The notes under the pieces are model-generated. The model searched no databases. It was not told the DNA's origin and worked only from the letters and a program-made list of their open reading frames with translations. Positions 11,733 through 24,260 of a stretch of 64,000 nucleotides of DNA are shown here, piece after piece. Location of the stretch: assembly GCF_020745735.1 (NCBI RefSeq), contig NC_083426.1:34472001-34536000 (forward strand), given 5' to 3'. Numbering within the stretch: the stretch's first letter is position 1; every line of letters begins with the position of its first letter. The position numbers were made by a program, and so were the translations under genes. The DNA is from Hemiscyllium ocellatum (Eukaryota).

Positions 11733-11996
11733 CTGAAAACACAAATCAACATAGTTTAGCTTTGTGTACCAATTCACAACACCATTCCAATACTGGGAAT
11801 CTTTTTGGTTAATGAACAAAGTAAGCATCATCAACTGCATTTGTTGTGTAGTGCTGTAACTTTTTTTTTCCCAATGGCAGTGTTCTTTTTGTAAGTGTTT
11901 TTTAAAACTCTAGATTTTAATTAGTTCTTTTCTGGCAGTACGTCCACTAAAGTGATTTGTTTCTGTGTGTTTTTCTCCAGTATTTCAACAGACTTC

Positions 11997-12290
11997 TGTT
12001 AGCTTCTGTAAGCAAGCCAACCTCCCATCCATTGACTCCATCTCCATTTCTCACTGCCCCAAGAATGCAGTCAATATCATCAAAAACCCCTGCCACCCCT
12101 GTTAAAATCTCTTCCAACCTCTTCCATCGGACAGAAGATACAAAAGCTGGAACACATGAACCAATAGACTCCAAAACAGCTTCATCCCTGCAGTTATTAG
12201 ACTTCTGAGAGGACCTCTCAAATTTAAAATTTAATGTTGATCTCACTCTTTGTGTACTTTCCGTATAACCATGGCATTGTATTTTTCATT
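11997..12290 (+). mobile_element. Non-LTR retrotransposon 3' fragment, probably Rex1/Babar-like
   Basis: ...atcatcaaaaaccc..cacccc...tcttccaacctcttccatcggacagaagataca...aacagcttcatccctgcagttattagact resembles the I.D..HP...F..LPSGRRY...SF.P..IRL terminus. Confidence 0.55.
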
Positions 12291-12291
12291 C

Positions 12292-12860
12292 TGGATGTAG
12301 GTTCGCTCATTAAGCTGAAAGGTTCATTTCCAGACATTTCATTACCTTACTAGGTAACATCTTCAGTAGACCTCACGTGAAGCAATGCTGAAAATTCCTG
12401 CTTTCTATTTATAAGTTTGGGTTGCTTTGGGTTGGTGATGTCATTTCCTGTGGTGAAGTCACTTGCTGTTCCTTTTCTTGGGGGTGGTAGATGGGGTCTA
12501 ACTCGATGTGTTTATTGATTGAGCTCCGGTTGGAATGCCATGCTTCTAGGAATTCTCGTGCGTGTCTTTGTTTGGCTTGTCCTAGGATGGATATATTGTC
12601 CCAGTCGAAGTGGTGTCCTTCCTCATCCGTATGTGAGGATACTAGTAAGAGGGTCACGTCTTTTTGTGCCTAGTTGGTGTTCATGTATCTGGTGGCTAGC
12701 TTTCTGCCTGTTTGTCCAATGTAGTGTTTGTTACAGTCCTTGCACAGTATTTTGTAAATGATGTTAGTTTTGCTCATTGTCTGTATAGGGTCTTTCATGT
12801 TCATTAGCTGCTGTTTGAGTGATGGTGGGTTTGTGGGCGACCATGATGCCAAGGGAAGCA
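12292..12860 (-). mobile_element. Penelope-like element family A, 3' fragment with GIY-YIG endonuclease
   Basis: NIIYKILCKDCNKHYIGQTGRKLATR (GIY-YIG) and HHFDWDN..ILGQAKQRHAREFLEAWHS. Degenerate hammerhead near 12330-12370. Confidence 0.9.
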
Positions 12861-13584
12861 TGATTTCTCTTCCCCTAGGTGTTCAATAGTGTGAGGGATC
12901 TGTCAGAATGGAAGTCCAGCTCCACATGTCTGAAGGAGCCCTGATTTCCTGTCAGAAATGGAGAGCTCTTTTGCGGCATAAACAAGGAGCAGTGTGTCAT
13001 CTATCTGTGTTTGTCACTCCTTGGTAAATCCAGTCTGCCAAGCCCTATACAGACGAGAGATACTGCAGGAAGATATCACAGCATGATAGATGCTGTAGAA
13101 ATGTTGAAAAGAATATTAAAGTCAGAGATTATACAGCACAGTTTGAAATAATAAACTTGGTTCACTGTAGACATTTTGCAATTTGAGGATGGCCCAATCA
13201 CTTCATGGCCAATTTACATATTTTTGGGACTCATTGGAAGAGTTTTGTTCAGATTTCTTTTTAAGTGAGAACAAAGTGGGTGGGAACTCAAGATGGCACA
13301 GTCGCGCCATGCAATGATGTTCGAGATGAGAAATAAAGTTGAAAGTCATTGTCGACAGCTCTCAAGTAATGCCATACCTCATTATCCTGATATTGTAAAG
13401 AGTCAACAAAAGAGGACAGCAAGCTTCACAGGAGTACCTTTGATGATGGATAAGATGTGATAGTTGTACTTGAAGCCAGAGAGCATTGTTAAGTCAAGAA
13501 ATTTGGCAGTAAAAGCAAGTCTAAAAGGTAAAACCACAAAAAAAGTTAAGAAGTGATACTTGTCAGTAAGACTAGAGAGAAATA

Positions 13585-13897
13585 CAGTCATTGAATTCCT
13601 GCAGAGTGAAAGCAGGCCATTTGGTCCATTGAGTCACACTGACCCTCTGAAGTGCATCCCACCCAGACCACACCCCTACCCTAGCCCTGTAACCCTGCAA
13701 TTTCCATGGCTAATCCACCTAGCCTGCACATCCCTGGACACTGTTGACAATCCAATGAATCTGTGCACCTTTGAACTGTGGAAGGAAACTCATGCAGACA
13801 CAGGAAGAATGTGCTAACAGTTTTGAGGGTGGATTCAAATCCGGGTCCCTTGCGCTATGATGCAGCAGTGCTAACCACTGAGCCGCTGTACCACCCC
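13585..13897 (-). mobile_element. HE1-like SINE
   Basis: Reverse complement of the SINE head (gcagcagtgctaaccactgagcc) and tail. Confidence 0.8.
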
Positions 13898-15187
13898 AGT
13901 GAAAATAAAGAAACTGTAGTTTTGAAGAACAGTGATTTTTTTTCCCTGCTTTACTGAATTCAGTCATTACAAATATGTGAGCACAGGGAATTTTATGAAA
14001 ACTTGCACTGGTTTGGCATTTCTCAAATCATTGAGACATTTAGCTATTATTACTTGTAAAATGTAGTCACTATCTTGATGGTTAGTTAAGAAGGAAGAAA
14101 TAGCAGAATATATTTTCAAATAGAAAATGGACTGCAACAGCATAGACAGATCGTTCTCAGATAAACATTAGAACTCAAATTTTGAAAAGCACAAGTTTAA
14201 ACCTGTTTGTGTAGAAGAAACACTATTGAAACAGAGACAGTACCTGAAAACTGGCAGGAATAATGAGGAAGTAAAATATCTGAATTAATCACTCATATGC
14301 ATTTCCCATCAATTATAAAAAGAAAGCGTCACTGAAATTTTCATGTCAGAACTTAATGGTCTTTTGTGCCATGTCCTTTGAATGGAAAGAAAAATCTGTG
14401 ATGTATTTTAAATGCTATGGACACTAAATAAGCTTACAACCACTGGAATAATCACCGAAATATACAAAATGGCAAAAATGAAACTGCACAGTTGTAATAA
14501 AAAGAATATGTGATAATTGGATCTTTTCTGGCAAATTTTAAATAAGTGTTTAAATAACAATTAGATTGTGGACTAATTCAGTTATTGATCATACATTGCT
14601 TGATTAGGATGCTAATCATTGTTTGTTACCTGATTATGGAATCTGTATTGATTAATCATTGACTTTGTTTGATTGCACCATTCTTCTGAGTTAACTCTCC
14701 TTGTTGCTCTAGTTTTCTGTTTTCTTCAAAGTCTTTGCTTTTTTCTTCTTTCTTCACATTTCCTCAGCTTTTCTGTTTTCATTGCTTGTTTTCATTTATT
14801 TCTACTGACATTTCTATCTCTTTCCAATCTTTCCATTCCATTCACGCCTCATGTTTTTCTATGACTTGACTTACGATGGCTTGAAACTCAGACAGCACTA
14901 ATACTTATGTAAATATTGTGACTGGTTGTGTTGGTAATATAGAATAAATATGATAATGTAGCAAAATTAGTGGACATTTTAGGTACTGTTGTTAGATCTG
15001 ATTCTCCAAAATAATGTTCGAGGCATTCAGTGAAAATCATTTTGTAATCTGTCTTTCTAATTGAAACAAAGATGTACTTTAAGTCTTACCTTAATATAAA
15101 AGACAAATGATGGAACTTTCATGGACCAGCATCATTAGAAGCAATAATTATGAAATGGAGAAAAAATGAACAGCCTAAGATCGCTAC

Positions 15188-15277
15188 CTTACATCCAAAT
15201 GTTTTTCTGGATTCTTGAGCTCTAGTGACCCATTGGTTGATGCGAACAGCAACCCTCACATAAAGGCCTACTGCTTC
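15188..15277 (-). CDS. LAD1: Ladinin-1 coding exon (EAVGLYVRVAVRINQWVTRAQESRKTFGCK)
   Basis: 90 nt, phase 0-0; atgatag| acceptor, AAG|gtagcg donor. Matches LAD1 VTSRLNLWISRTQES and caldesmon ETAGLKVGVSSRINEWLTK. Confidence 0.88.
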
Positions 15278-16504
15278 CTATCATTATAGATAATGATAGA
15301 ATTAGATGCAATGGTACAGTTAATGCAACCTAATAGAAGCCACTTAGTGTGATCATTAATATGTGGAACTGGTCAGTTGGTGCGATTCTTTGTGAAATGA
15401 CTTTTAACAAGTAAGGTATGGTTAAGTTTTTCATATGATCCCCTTTCCTTGTGAAATTGACCATTGCGAAAAACCCATGACCACTCAACTTTGCATATGC
15501 TTTAGGTTTTTACCCAAGGGCTATGCACAGAAATGTTCTAAAGTTAAAAGTAACAGTAAGTGAAACAAATAAAATATGTAATGCCATAGTCTATTGCAAC
15601 TCAATTGAAATCAATATACTTTCACAGCATTGTATCTGTAATTTTCATATCAACTCCAAAGTTCCTATGGGTGATCACACCAAGCGGCTTCAACCATCAC
15701 TCAGCTACACCTCATGCTCTTTGCTGTACTTTATAAAACAAATTCCAGTGACACAGATCTATGTCAGACCTGTACAGTGTAACATGCAACATGCTCTGAT
15801 ACCTTTCTTCATTTTAACAGCCAAATAGGAAGTGTGTTGTTGGCAAATATGGTTGCGAGAGTTATGGTGCAAACAATTAGTTAAACGTTAAAGTTAGCAT
15901 TGAAGCTTCTCCAGTAAATAGGCAATCAGTTCAGATGTGTTTTCACAAATACTATGGTAAAAAAAATCGATAACAATATATTAATAAGTCACAGTATTTA
16001 ATGCAAAATTGATATTCTGTTTATTTCCGTCCAAACTACTGTTATCTTTTCAGTCAACCATAACATTGTCTGGTTTCTGTTGTTACCAAAGACTGATTGA
16101 ATCCACATTGACTTGAATGTAACACTGACTGTGAGGATTAAGGCAGCTACATATGTAACATGAGATCCACCACAATCAATATTCTGGATTTAAATGTCAT
16201 TCCAATTTTCTCCAGGCATGGTTTAGAGGTAATACTTTTGCCTCTCAGCACTAACGTAAAGAATTTAAGTCCCATCTTAAACCTCTATCCAGTAGTGAAG
16301 CAGGACTATCTGTATTCACACATGTAGCTTCCAGTTCTCAAGTACTCCAGTACACCAAGGGTCCAACTGACATACCTACACTGAATGTCAGTACAATTCT
16401 TTGCATACTCAGGATCATCCAGAATATGCTATCTAAATGTAGCGTCACATCTAATGTTGGACAATACACTTTGCAGACATAAGGAACATGTACAAAATTT
16501 TTGA

Positions 16505-16760
16505 CCACCATTTGCTTGTTTACATCTCAATGGAATGTCTTGAATCAATCTGAATCAAGATGCCTGATATAAAATTTAAAGTCTGGCAGTTAACGGTCAA
16601 TCGTGTTTAATTGGTGCATTCTCCATGTCAACACCACTGCCAATCAGAATACTTTTCTCAGGATGTATAACATTGCTTTTCCCATTAAATTGGTATTCTT
16701 TTCACTTATTCTGATGAGTACAAGATGAAAAATCTTAACAAATGTGATTTTTTCAGCAAC
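16505..16760 (+). mobile_element. Old Penelope-like 3' fragment with a decayed hammerhead
   Basis: ttctgatgagtacaagatgaaaaatctt at ~16709-16737 resembles a CTGATGA...GAAA core; the upstream sequence resembles PLE 3' ends. Confidence 0.4.
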
Positions 16761-17632
16761 AGTCTATAAATGTATATTTTTATCTTCCCTGTCAGTTTCA
16801 AATCTGGTTTAAAAGGAAATCATTTTACTTAAAAGGTGAAAACCCCTCAGGGATGCCCTTCTGGAAGATCTGGATAACACTACAATTAATTTCCTTTTAT
16901 AATTTTATGTTGGATTGAAGTAATATTTTATGATTATGTCTTAGCCATTAACCAGCCCAGTTTGAATTTCTTTAATTGCCTTACTCAGCAATCAGAGTTA
17001 AAAGAGGGCTAAGTGTCACAGTCACAGTAGATGCCTAGGCGTTGGCTTGTCTGGTACAAAACAAACAGCACATTTGTTTTAATTAAACTCAATGCAATTT
17101 AAGGCCTTTATCAGTTTTAAGGAAATGACCAAATATTTGATTGCAGCAGCTGGAACTTTATAAGAACTTAAACTCAAAAAAAAGAATCAAGTTGATGATC
17201 CAAAGTTCACACAAAACAGCAGAGCTCTGAAATAAATATGCTGGACTATAACCTGGTGTAATGTGACTTCTCACCATGATCTATCTTGGCTACATACAAG
17301 GTCTGCAGAATCACAGATGCCAGTCCTCAGCCAGTTCAATTTGCTCCAGCTGATATCGAAGACTGTTGACATTGGATTCTGCAAAGCCTGGGCACTCTGA
17401 CAACATTCCAACAGTGGCACTGAAGAGTTGTCTTTTATCATGTGGTTTGATGCTACAGAATGAGTCTGGGTTCATGACAGATGGGTCAGGGGAAGGCAAA
17501 GTTAAAAACTGTTTTCCAGCTTGGACTTCAAAATAACATTATTTATTATGTATTAATACAAAATACTACAAACATACAATAGCAATAGATATAGCAGGCT
17601 CTGACTTATAGTTGTGTTAGGTAAAAACTTAT

Positions 17633-17977
17633 GGACGGCATGGTGGCACAGTGGTTAGCAGTGCGGCCTCACACCACCAGGGACGCAGGTTTGATTCCAG
17701 CCTTGGGCTACTGTCTGTGTGGAGTTTGCACATTCTCCCTGTGTCTGCGCGGGTTTCCTTTGGGTGCTCTGGTTTCCTCCCACAGTCCAAAGATGTGCAG
17801 GTTAGATGAACTAGCCACACTAAGTTGCCCACAGTGTTCAGGGATGTGTAGGTTAGGTGCATTGTCAGGGGTAAAAAAAGATAGGGTAGTGGAATAGGTC
17901 TGGGTGGGTTACTCTTCGAAGGGTTAGTGTGGACTTGTTGGGCCGAAGGGCCTGTTCCAAACTGTAGAGATTCTAAT
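17633..17977 (+). mobile_element. HE1-like SINE
   Basis: ggacggcatggtggcacagtggttagc head, conserved core, TTCTAATT tail. Confidence 0.88.
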
Positions 17978-18254
17978 TGTAAACTACTCTATCTTTTTTC
18001 TGTGTCCCTGCCCATGTGCTCTCAAGAATTATACACATGCTAATGTGTGATGGTGTACATCAGTGTTTTAACTCCACTCACTCTGTGCCATTTATACTCA
18101 GCGATATACAGCCCCTTGACATCATCACAATATTACTCCAATGTCCTTATGCCATTATAAAACAATGTGGACTCCAGAACAAGTTGCTTGCCTGGCCAAG
18201 ATATTTTAGTACAGCTACAACACTGACATTTCTCCTGCATATTAGGAAATTGCC

Positions 18255-19520
18255 CAGTTATGTCCTCCCCACAAGAAGCAGGAAAGGTCTAACCTGGCCA
18301 ATTCCCTCTCCATTGGGCTACTCTTCATCATCGGTAAGGTATTAGAAGGGGTCATCAACTATGTTATGAAGCAGCACTTGCTCAGTGATAACATGCTCCC
18401 TGAGAGTCAGTCTGAGTTTCACCAGGGTGACTCAGCTCTTGAACTCATTACAGCTTTTGCCCAAACATAGATAAAGAGAACTGAACTCAAAAGACAAATT
18501 GAAAGTGAGCACCCTTATTAGCAAGGCAGCACTTGATTGACTGTGTCATTCTGGAGTCCTAGGAAAACTTGGGCCATTGAGAGTCATGGAAAAATACACT
18601 TTGTTGGTTGAAAGCATACAGAGCTCAAAGGAAGATAGTTATGGTTGTTGAAGGCCAATCATCACAGTCCCCTGACAACGTTACAGGAATTTCTCTGGGT
18701 AGTGACCTGAGCATCTACCTTAATCTGCTTCATCTTTGCTGTTCTCCCGTCATAACAACAGAAGTTAGAATGTGTGGTGATGATTGCCCATTCCACAGAT
18801 ACTAAAGCAGTGTTCATATGGATATCCTGATAAATGATAAGTAACATTCATGCAAACAAATAATAGGCAATGATCAACTTCAACAAGTAAGATATTTAAT
18901 TGATTTAATGACATTATCACGACTGAATCACCAGTTATCAAAATCCTTGGGACTATCAGTGATTGGAAACAGAATTGGAAAACTATATATGTACAATGAT
19001 AACGTTAGCAGGTCATATGGTGGGAATTCTCAGCAAGTAAATTAACTCCTAACTCTGCAAAGCCTACATCTACAAAAAGTAATGCAAGATTTCAATGAAA
19101 TACTCTCTAATTACCTGGATGACTCCAACTCAAACAGCACATAGGAAACTTGATGGTATCTAAGACAAAGCAGTTTGCTTGACGGATACCCTATCATCTT
19201 TTTTAATTATTCATTCTATATGCCAAGGCTTGCCTTAGGCACCACCTTCCAAAGCCACAATCATGGCCATCCACAAGGACAAGAGCAGCAATGCAGGGAT
19301 GTTCCACCACTTGCAAGTTCATTTCAAGCCACCCGCCTGATTTGAAATTGCATTGCTGATCCTTCACGGAGGCTGGATCAAAATCCTGGAACTCCCTTCC
19401 AACAGCAATGTGAAAGTATTTACACCACATGGACAACAGCAGCAATAGAAGACAGCTTGCTACCACTTTCTAAGGTGGTAATAAATGCACACATGACCAG
19501 AATGCTCACATCCCATGAAA
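18255..19520 (+). mobile_element. CR1-clade LINE, second family, degraded
   Basis: Relics of the QSGF...S, VVVEGQ.S and ADD-like RT motifs; 3' end cacatcccatgaaagaat is shared with the 30930-32060 copy. Confidence 0.7.
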
Positions 19521-20446
19521 GAATTTCTTTTTAAAAGCATCTTTTTTTAATTAGACTTAGGTCTGCAAATGCAAATACACCATATCTGCAGGACAAAACA
19601 TCTATATTTTATGAAGCCACCTTGCTAGAAATTCCTGTTCTTCGCAACCCCAGTTTTGGTTACACATCTATCATGTATCTTCAAGGAGGTGTCATTTCTA
19701 TGCAATGGAATGGAACTCCTGATGTTTCAAGAAAATACGAGACGAAACATTTACCTCAGTGTACATGATTCTCAATTCAAAGATGGGATGACACCTGATG
19801 ACCACTGCATCAAGCCAATGAAAAGTGGTAATTTAGGCAGTTTTGCAATAAGGAATAAGACAGTCAGAATTAGGATGATAAGAGCCTACGTTATTGGGGA
19901 TAGCATTTTTAGCATGGATAGAGGATTGATTAACTAATAGCAGACAGAGAGTTGGGAGAAAGGAGGTATTTTCAGGATGGCAACTTATTACAAATGGAGT
20001 GCCACATGGATTGGTGCTGAAGCAACAATAATGTACTTTATATACTAACGGATGATAGACCTGAAATGTACTATCACCACATTTGTGGACTACACTAAAA
20101 TTGGTGGAAATGGCACTAGTCAGAAAACAGCTGGAATACTATGAACAGTTTTAGAACAGTTCTCTGAAAAGTTATATTGGAATTGGAGGCCATCCAGACA
20201 AAGTTTACTAGGGTAATTCCAGATATAGAGGGATTTTCTAATGAGGAGAGATTGTATAGATATGGCTTGTACTCATTGGAGTTTGGGAGAATGCTGGACA
20301 ACCTTATTGAAACATACAGGGTATATGTGATTGCATTAACTAATACCTCACTATAGCAACAGTCACTTAGCTTCTCTCAAGCTTAAAATGAAAATAAACA
20401 ATGAACAATAATGCCAAGAGGGTGAGCAGTTTGCCCTTAAGTCCAT

Positions 20447-20854
20447 GGAAAACACTACCATCATAGGACAAGCCAGACAGAGAACAGCCAGGGAATTCCT
20501 AGAGGCATGGCATTCATCCACAAACTCCATTAACAGACACATAGACCTGGACCCCATATACAAACCACTACAGCTGAAACTGACACCCGGAAACGGCAAG
20601 AAGATCCATCAACAGACACATCAACCTGGACCCCACATACAAACTACTACAGCTGAAACTGACACCCGGAAGCGGCAAGAACAAACCACTATAAATACCG
20701 GAAGAAACACCAAAGCAGCCCTTCACAGGAGGCTCCAATAGCACTGATGATGTTCCCTAGCCAGGGAACGAAACGTTTGCAGCAAAAACTTCCAGCTCGG
20801 CGAACAGAACCACAACAACGGACACCCGAGCTACAAATCTTCAACCAGACTTTA
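20447..20854 (+). mobile_element. Penelope-like element (family A-related), 5'-truncated
   Basis: ENTTIIGQARQRTAREFLEAWHS..SINRHIDLDPIY. Exact 15-bp TSD TGCCCTTAAGTCCAT at 20432-20446 and 20855-20869; internal tandem duplication. Confidence 0.9.
20741..20780 (+). ncRNA. Minimal type I hammerhead ribozyme
   Basis: GCA-CTGATGA-T-GTTCCC-TAGCCA-GGGAAC-GAAACGTT-TGC. Perfect 6-bp stem II and stem I GCA/TGC, both showing compensatory changes against the family A copy. Confidence 0.85.
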
Positions 20855-20915
20855 TGCCCTTAAGTCCATATAAATGACCTTCCACTCTGCCCTGTTGGCT
20901 GGAGCTGGTGTTACT

Positions 20916-21700
20916 TCGTAACTACCTGGTCAGGTCCGTGCCCCTAACAAACTATCCTCCCATCCTGGCACCTTCCCCTGCCACTGCAGGAATTGCAAAA
21001 CCTGCGCCTACTCCTTCCCCCTCACCTCCATCCAAGGCTCCAAAAGAGCATTCTACATCCATCAAAGTTTCACCTGCACTTCCACAAATGTCATTTATTG
21101 TATCTGTTGCTCCTGATATGGTCTCCTTTACATTGGGGAGACTGGACGCCTTCTCACAGAGCACTTTGGGCAACATCTCTGGGACACCCACACCAATCAA
21201 TCACACCGCCCGTGGCCGAACATTTCAACTCCCCCTCCCGCTCTGCCGAGGACATGCAGGTCCTGGGCCTCCTCCATTGCCACTCCCTCACCACCTGACA
21301 CCTGGAGGAAGAACGCCTCATCTTCCGACTCAGAACACTTCAACCCCATGGCATCAATGTGGACTTCACCAGTTTCCTCATTTCCCCTCCCCCCATCTTA
21401 CCCCAGTTCCAACCTTCCAGCTCAGCACCATCCTGATGACCTGCCCTACCTGCCAACCTACCTTCCCACCTATCCGCTTCACCCTCCTCTCCAATCTATC
21501 ACCTTTATCCCCATCTCCATCCACCTATTGCACTCTTAACTACCTTCTCCCCAGCCCTACCCTCCTCCCATTTATCTCTCCATCCCAGAGGCTCCCAGCC
21601 TCATTCCTGATGAAGGGCTCCTGCCCGAAACGTCGATTCTCCTGCTCCTCAAATGCTGCCTGACCTGCTGTGCTTTTGCGGCATCACTCTAGTCTTGACT
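20916..21700 (+). mobile_element. Penelope-like element family B, 5'-truncated
   Basis: PGTFPCHCRNCKTC, VIYCICC...LYIGETG (GIY-YIG), PVAEHFNS.S.S.EDMQVLGL. 11-bp TSD CTGGTGTTACT at 20905-20915 and 21701-21711. Confidence 0.9.
21604..21637 (+). ncRNA. Minimal hammerhead ribozyme (family B)
   Basis: TC-CTGATGA-A-GGGC-TCCT-GCCC-GAAACGTC-GA. Confidence 0.75.
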
Positions 21701-22008
21701 CTGGTGTTACTCGTTGACTGATCAGGCTTTACATCCATGCCACCAAGTAGCTTGATATTAAATTGGTGCCCTAACAAATGAGAAGCCATTTAATATGCTC
21801 ATTCTGACAAAAAAGGACCTGGTGTTTGTACAATGCCAAGCTGCCAAATAAACTTGGAGCAGTTGAGTGTTTGATCTACAGAGCAATCATAACCACATAG
21901 ACACTGATTCACAATAACAGAGTACGTCAATTCCTGTTTTATTACATGGTGCTATAAGATTTTTACCATTGCTTTGGTGGAGGTTGTCACATGTTAGTGT
22001 TTTATAAT

Positions 22009-22746
22009 GATGGTGGAGAAAGTGAGGTCTGCAGATACTGGAGATCAGAGCTGAAAATGTGTTGCTGGAAAAGCACAGCAGGTCAGGCAACATCCAAGGA
22101 ACAGGAAATTCGACGTTTCGGGCATAAGCCCTTCTTCAGGAATGAGGAAAGTGTCCAGCAGGCTAAGATAAAAGGTAGGGAGGAGGGACTTGGGGGAGGA
22201 GCGATGGAGATGTGATAGGTGGAAGGAGGTCAAGGTGAGGGTGATAGGCCGGAGTGGGGTGGGGACGGAGAGGTCAGGAAGAAGATTGCAGGTTAGGAAG
22301 GCAGTGCTGAGTTCGAGGGATTTGACTGAGACAAGGTGGGGGGAGGGGAAATGAGGAAACTGGAGAAATCTGAGTTCATCCCTTGTAGTTGTGAACCCTC
22401 CAACCACAAGGGATGAACTCAGATTTCTCCAGTTTCCTCATTTCCCCACCTTCCACCTTGTCTCAGTCAAATCCCTCGAACTCAGCACCGCCTTCCTAAC
22501 CTGCAATCTTCTTCCTGACCTCTCCGCCCCCCCACCCCACTCCAGCCTATCACCCTCACCTTGACCTCCTTCCACCTATCGCATCTCCATCACCCCTCCC
22601 CCAAGTCCCTCCTCTCTACCTTTTAGCTTAGCCTGCTGGACACACTTTCCTCATTCCTGAAGAAGGGCTTATGCCCGAAACATCAAATTTCCTGTTCCTT
22701 GGATGCTGCCTGACCTGCTGCGCTTTTCCAGCAACACATTTTCAGC
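22009..22746. mobile_element. Penelope-like element family B, fold-back insertion
   Basis: Inverted arms of ~350 bp meeting near 22390-22400. 9-bp TSD TTTTATAAT at 22000-22008 and 22747-22755. The tail (ggagaaagtgaggtctgcagat...) is on the left arm only. Confidence 0.9.
22109..22142 (-). ncRNA. Minimal hammerhead ribozyme (family B), sense to the LAD1 pre-mRNA
   Basis: Minus strand TTC-CTGAAGA-A-GGGC-TTAT-GCCC-GAAACGTC-GAA; intact CUGANGA/GAAA core. Confidence 0.78.
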
Positions 22747-23799
22747 TTTTATAATAGGGTGTCTAGTTTGCATTATAGTAATAAACTGAGCCAGGTAAGC
22801 ATATGACAGAGAAATGAAACACTAAAAAAGTATATTCTGAGACAATTAGCTAGCCCCAGGAATTGGACTGACATAGGGCAATAGCAGGCCAGTATGTTCC
22901 CCATCTGACAAAGACCTCAAAGATTGCCAAAAACATACTGACCAAAAGGGTCTCTTTGATTCAAACTAAACCACAAAGGTTGGAGATAAGAAGATCAGAT
23001 GTACTGCAACCACTACTAGTGTAATTAACAATCAGATACTCTGCACAGACTGGTAGGCATATGAGTAAAACAACATGAGTAATGAGAGAACATTTTTAAA
23101 ATATTTCACTCACTCTAGCTACAGATAACCCTAATTGTATAAGTGTACATTATTGACATATTTTCATTGAACTAAACCCAGCTGTTGTGAAATCCTCAAC
23201 CATGCTTTTGCTACCCCACCCATACTCAAATATATGAATGTTATTCTCAGAGGTCTCAAATCTATCAATATCTGAGCATATTCATTCAAGCATCGGTCCC
23301 ATGTTTGCTATCTACACTGGCTCTCCAATCCAATAATAGCTTATGTTCAAATCACTTCAGGTCTCACACCTTCTATGCTCTGTAACATCTGACTGCGGAA
23401 CCCTGCAAAATATTTGGAAGGGGCAGAAAGTCATTTAGATGGGATATTGATAGAAAATATAAATTGCTTAAGTGATTGAACAAAATTATGAAAAATGGAG
23501 TTCAATGTGAGCAAACAAAAGATCCAGTTTGGTCCCAAGAAAAATAAGTTGGAACTTTTTCTAAATGGTGAGAAACTTGGAACTTCAAAATGATTTGACA
23601 ATTCAAAAGCACAAATGATTAAAAACCAGTACACAAGTACAGAAAGCAATCAAAAAGATTAAAGAAATGTTGGCATTTTTCTTAATGATTCTAGTATACA
23701 AAGGAGGAAAATATTTTTCCAGCTGTGGAGAGCATTTGCTCACTCTAACCTATAATAACACATTCTGCTTTAAGGAGTGCACATGAAAAAAAATGTATT

Positions 23800-24260
23800 T
23801 GTCTTAGAGTGAGATTATGCCATCTGGTCCTAGACTATCACATAAGGAGAAACAACTTTTCTGCATTTACCATGTCAAGCCTCCTAAGAATTATGTATTT
23901 TTCAATAAGGTTACCCCTCATTCTTCTGAACTGCGATGAGCACAGGCTCAAACTCTCCTCAGAAGATAGTCTCTCTATACCCAGGATCGACCTAGTGAAC
24001 ATTCTCTGGGCTGCCCCTTATGCCATTTGTCTTTCTTTAGTGCGGGGTCCAATACTGTTCACAGCATTTCAGCTGTGGTCTGACCAATGCTTTATATAGT
24101 TTTAGCAAGACTTACCTATTTTTACATTCTATGTGGACTCAGCACTAATTCCTGTGGCACTCCAGATCACAATCCTGAAAATGTCTCTCCTTATCCCAAT
24201 TCTTTGCCTTCTATTAGTCACCCAACCCTCTGGCCATACTAATACATGACTCCCAACATC
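23800..24260 (-). mobile_element. CR1 LINE fragment; an adjacent plus-strand CR1 relic lies at ~23400-23760
   Basis: Reverse-strand CR1 3' ORF2-like sequence (ctcattcttctgaact..., ccaggatcgacctagtgaac). Confidence 0.6.

Noticed and set aside
14630-14870. Purine-rich minus-strand stretch resembling a charged LAD1 exon (GNVKKEEKSKDFEENRKLEQQGELTQKNGAIKQSQ)
   Set aside because: Bounded by in-frame stops after 35 codons, no usable acceptor, and not needed to keep the LAD1 frame.
17311-17499. 62-aa minus-strand ORF considered as the exon between AIQ and EAVG
   Set aside because: The real homologous exon is 25998-26135; this ORF has no convincing splice sites or family motif.
20908-21663. 251-aa proline-rich ORF, and similar Pro/Gly-rich ORFs at 32400-33440 and 46800-48270
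   Set aside because: Alternative frames of C-rich Penelope sequence, not host genes.
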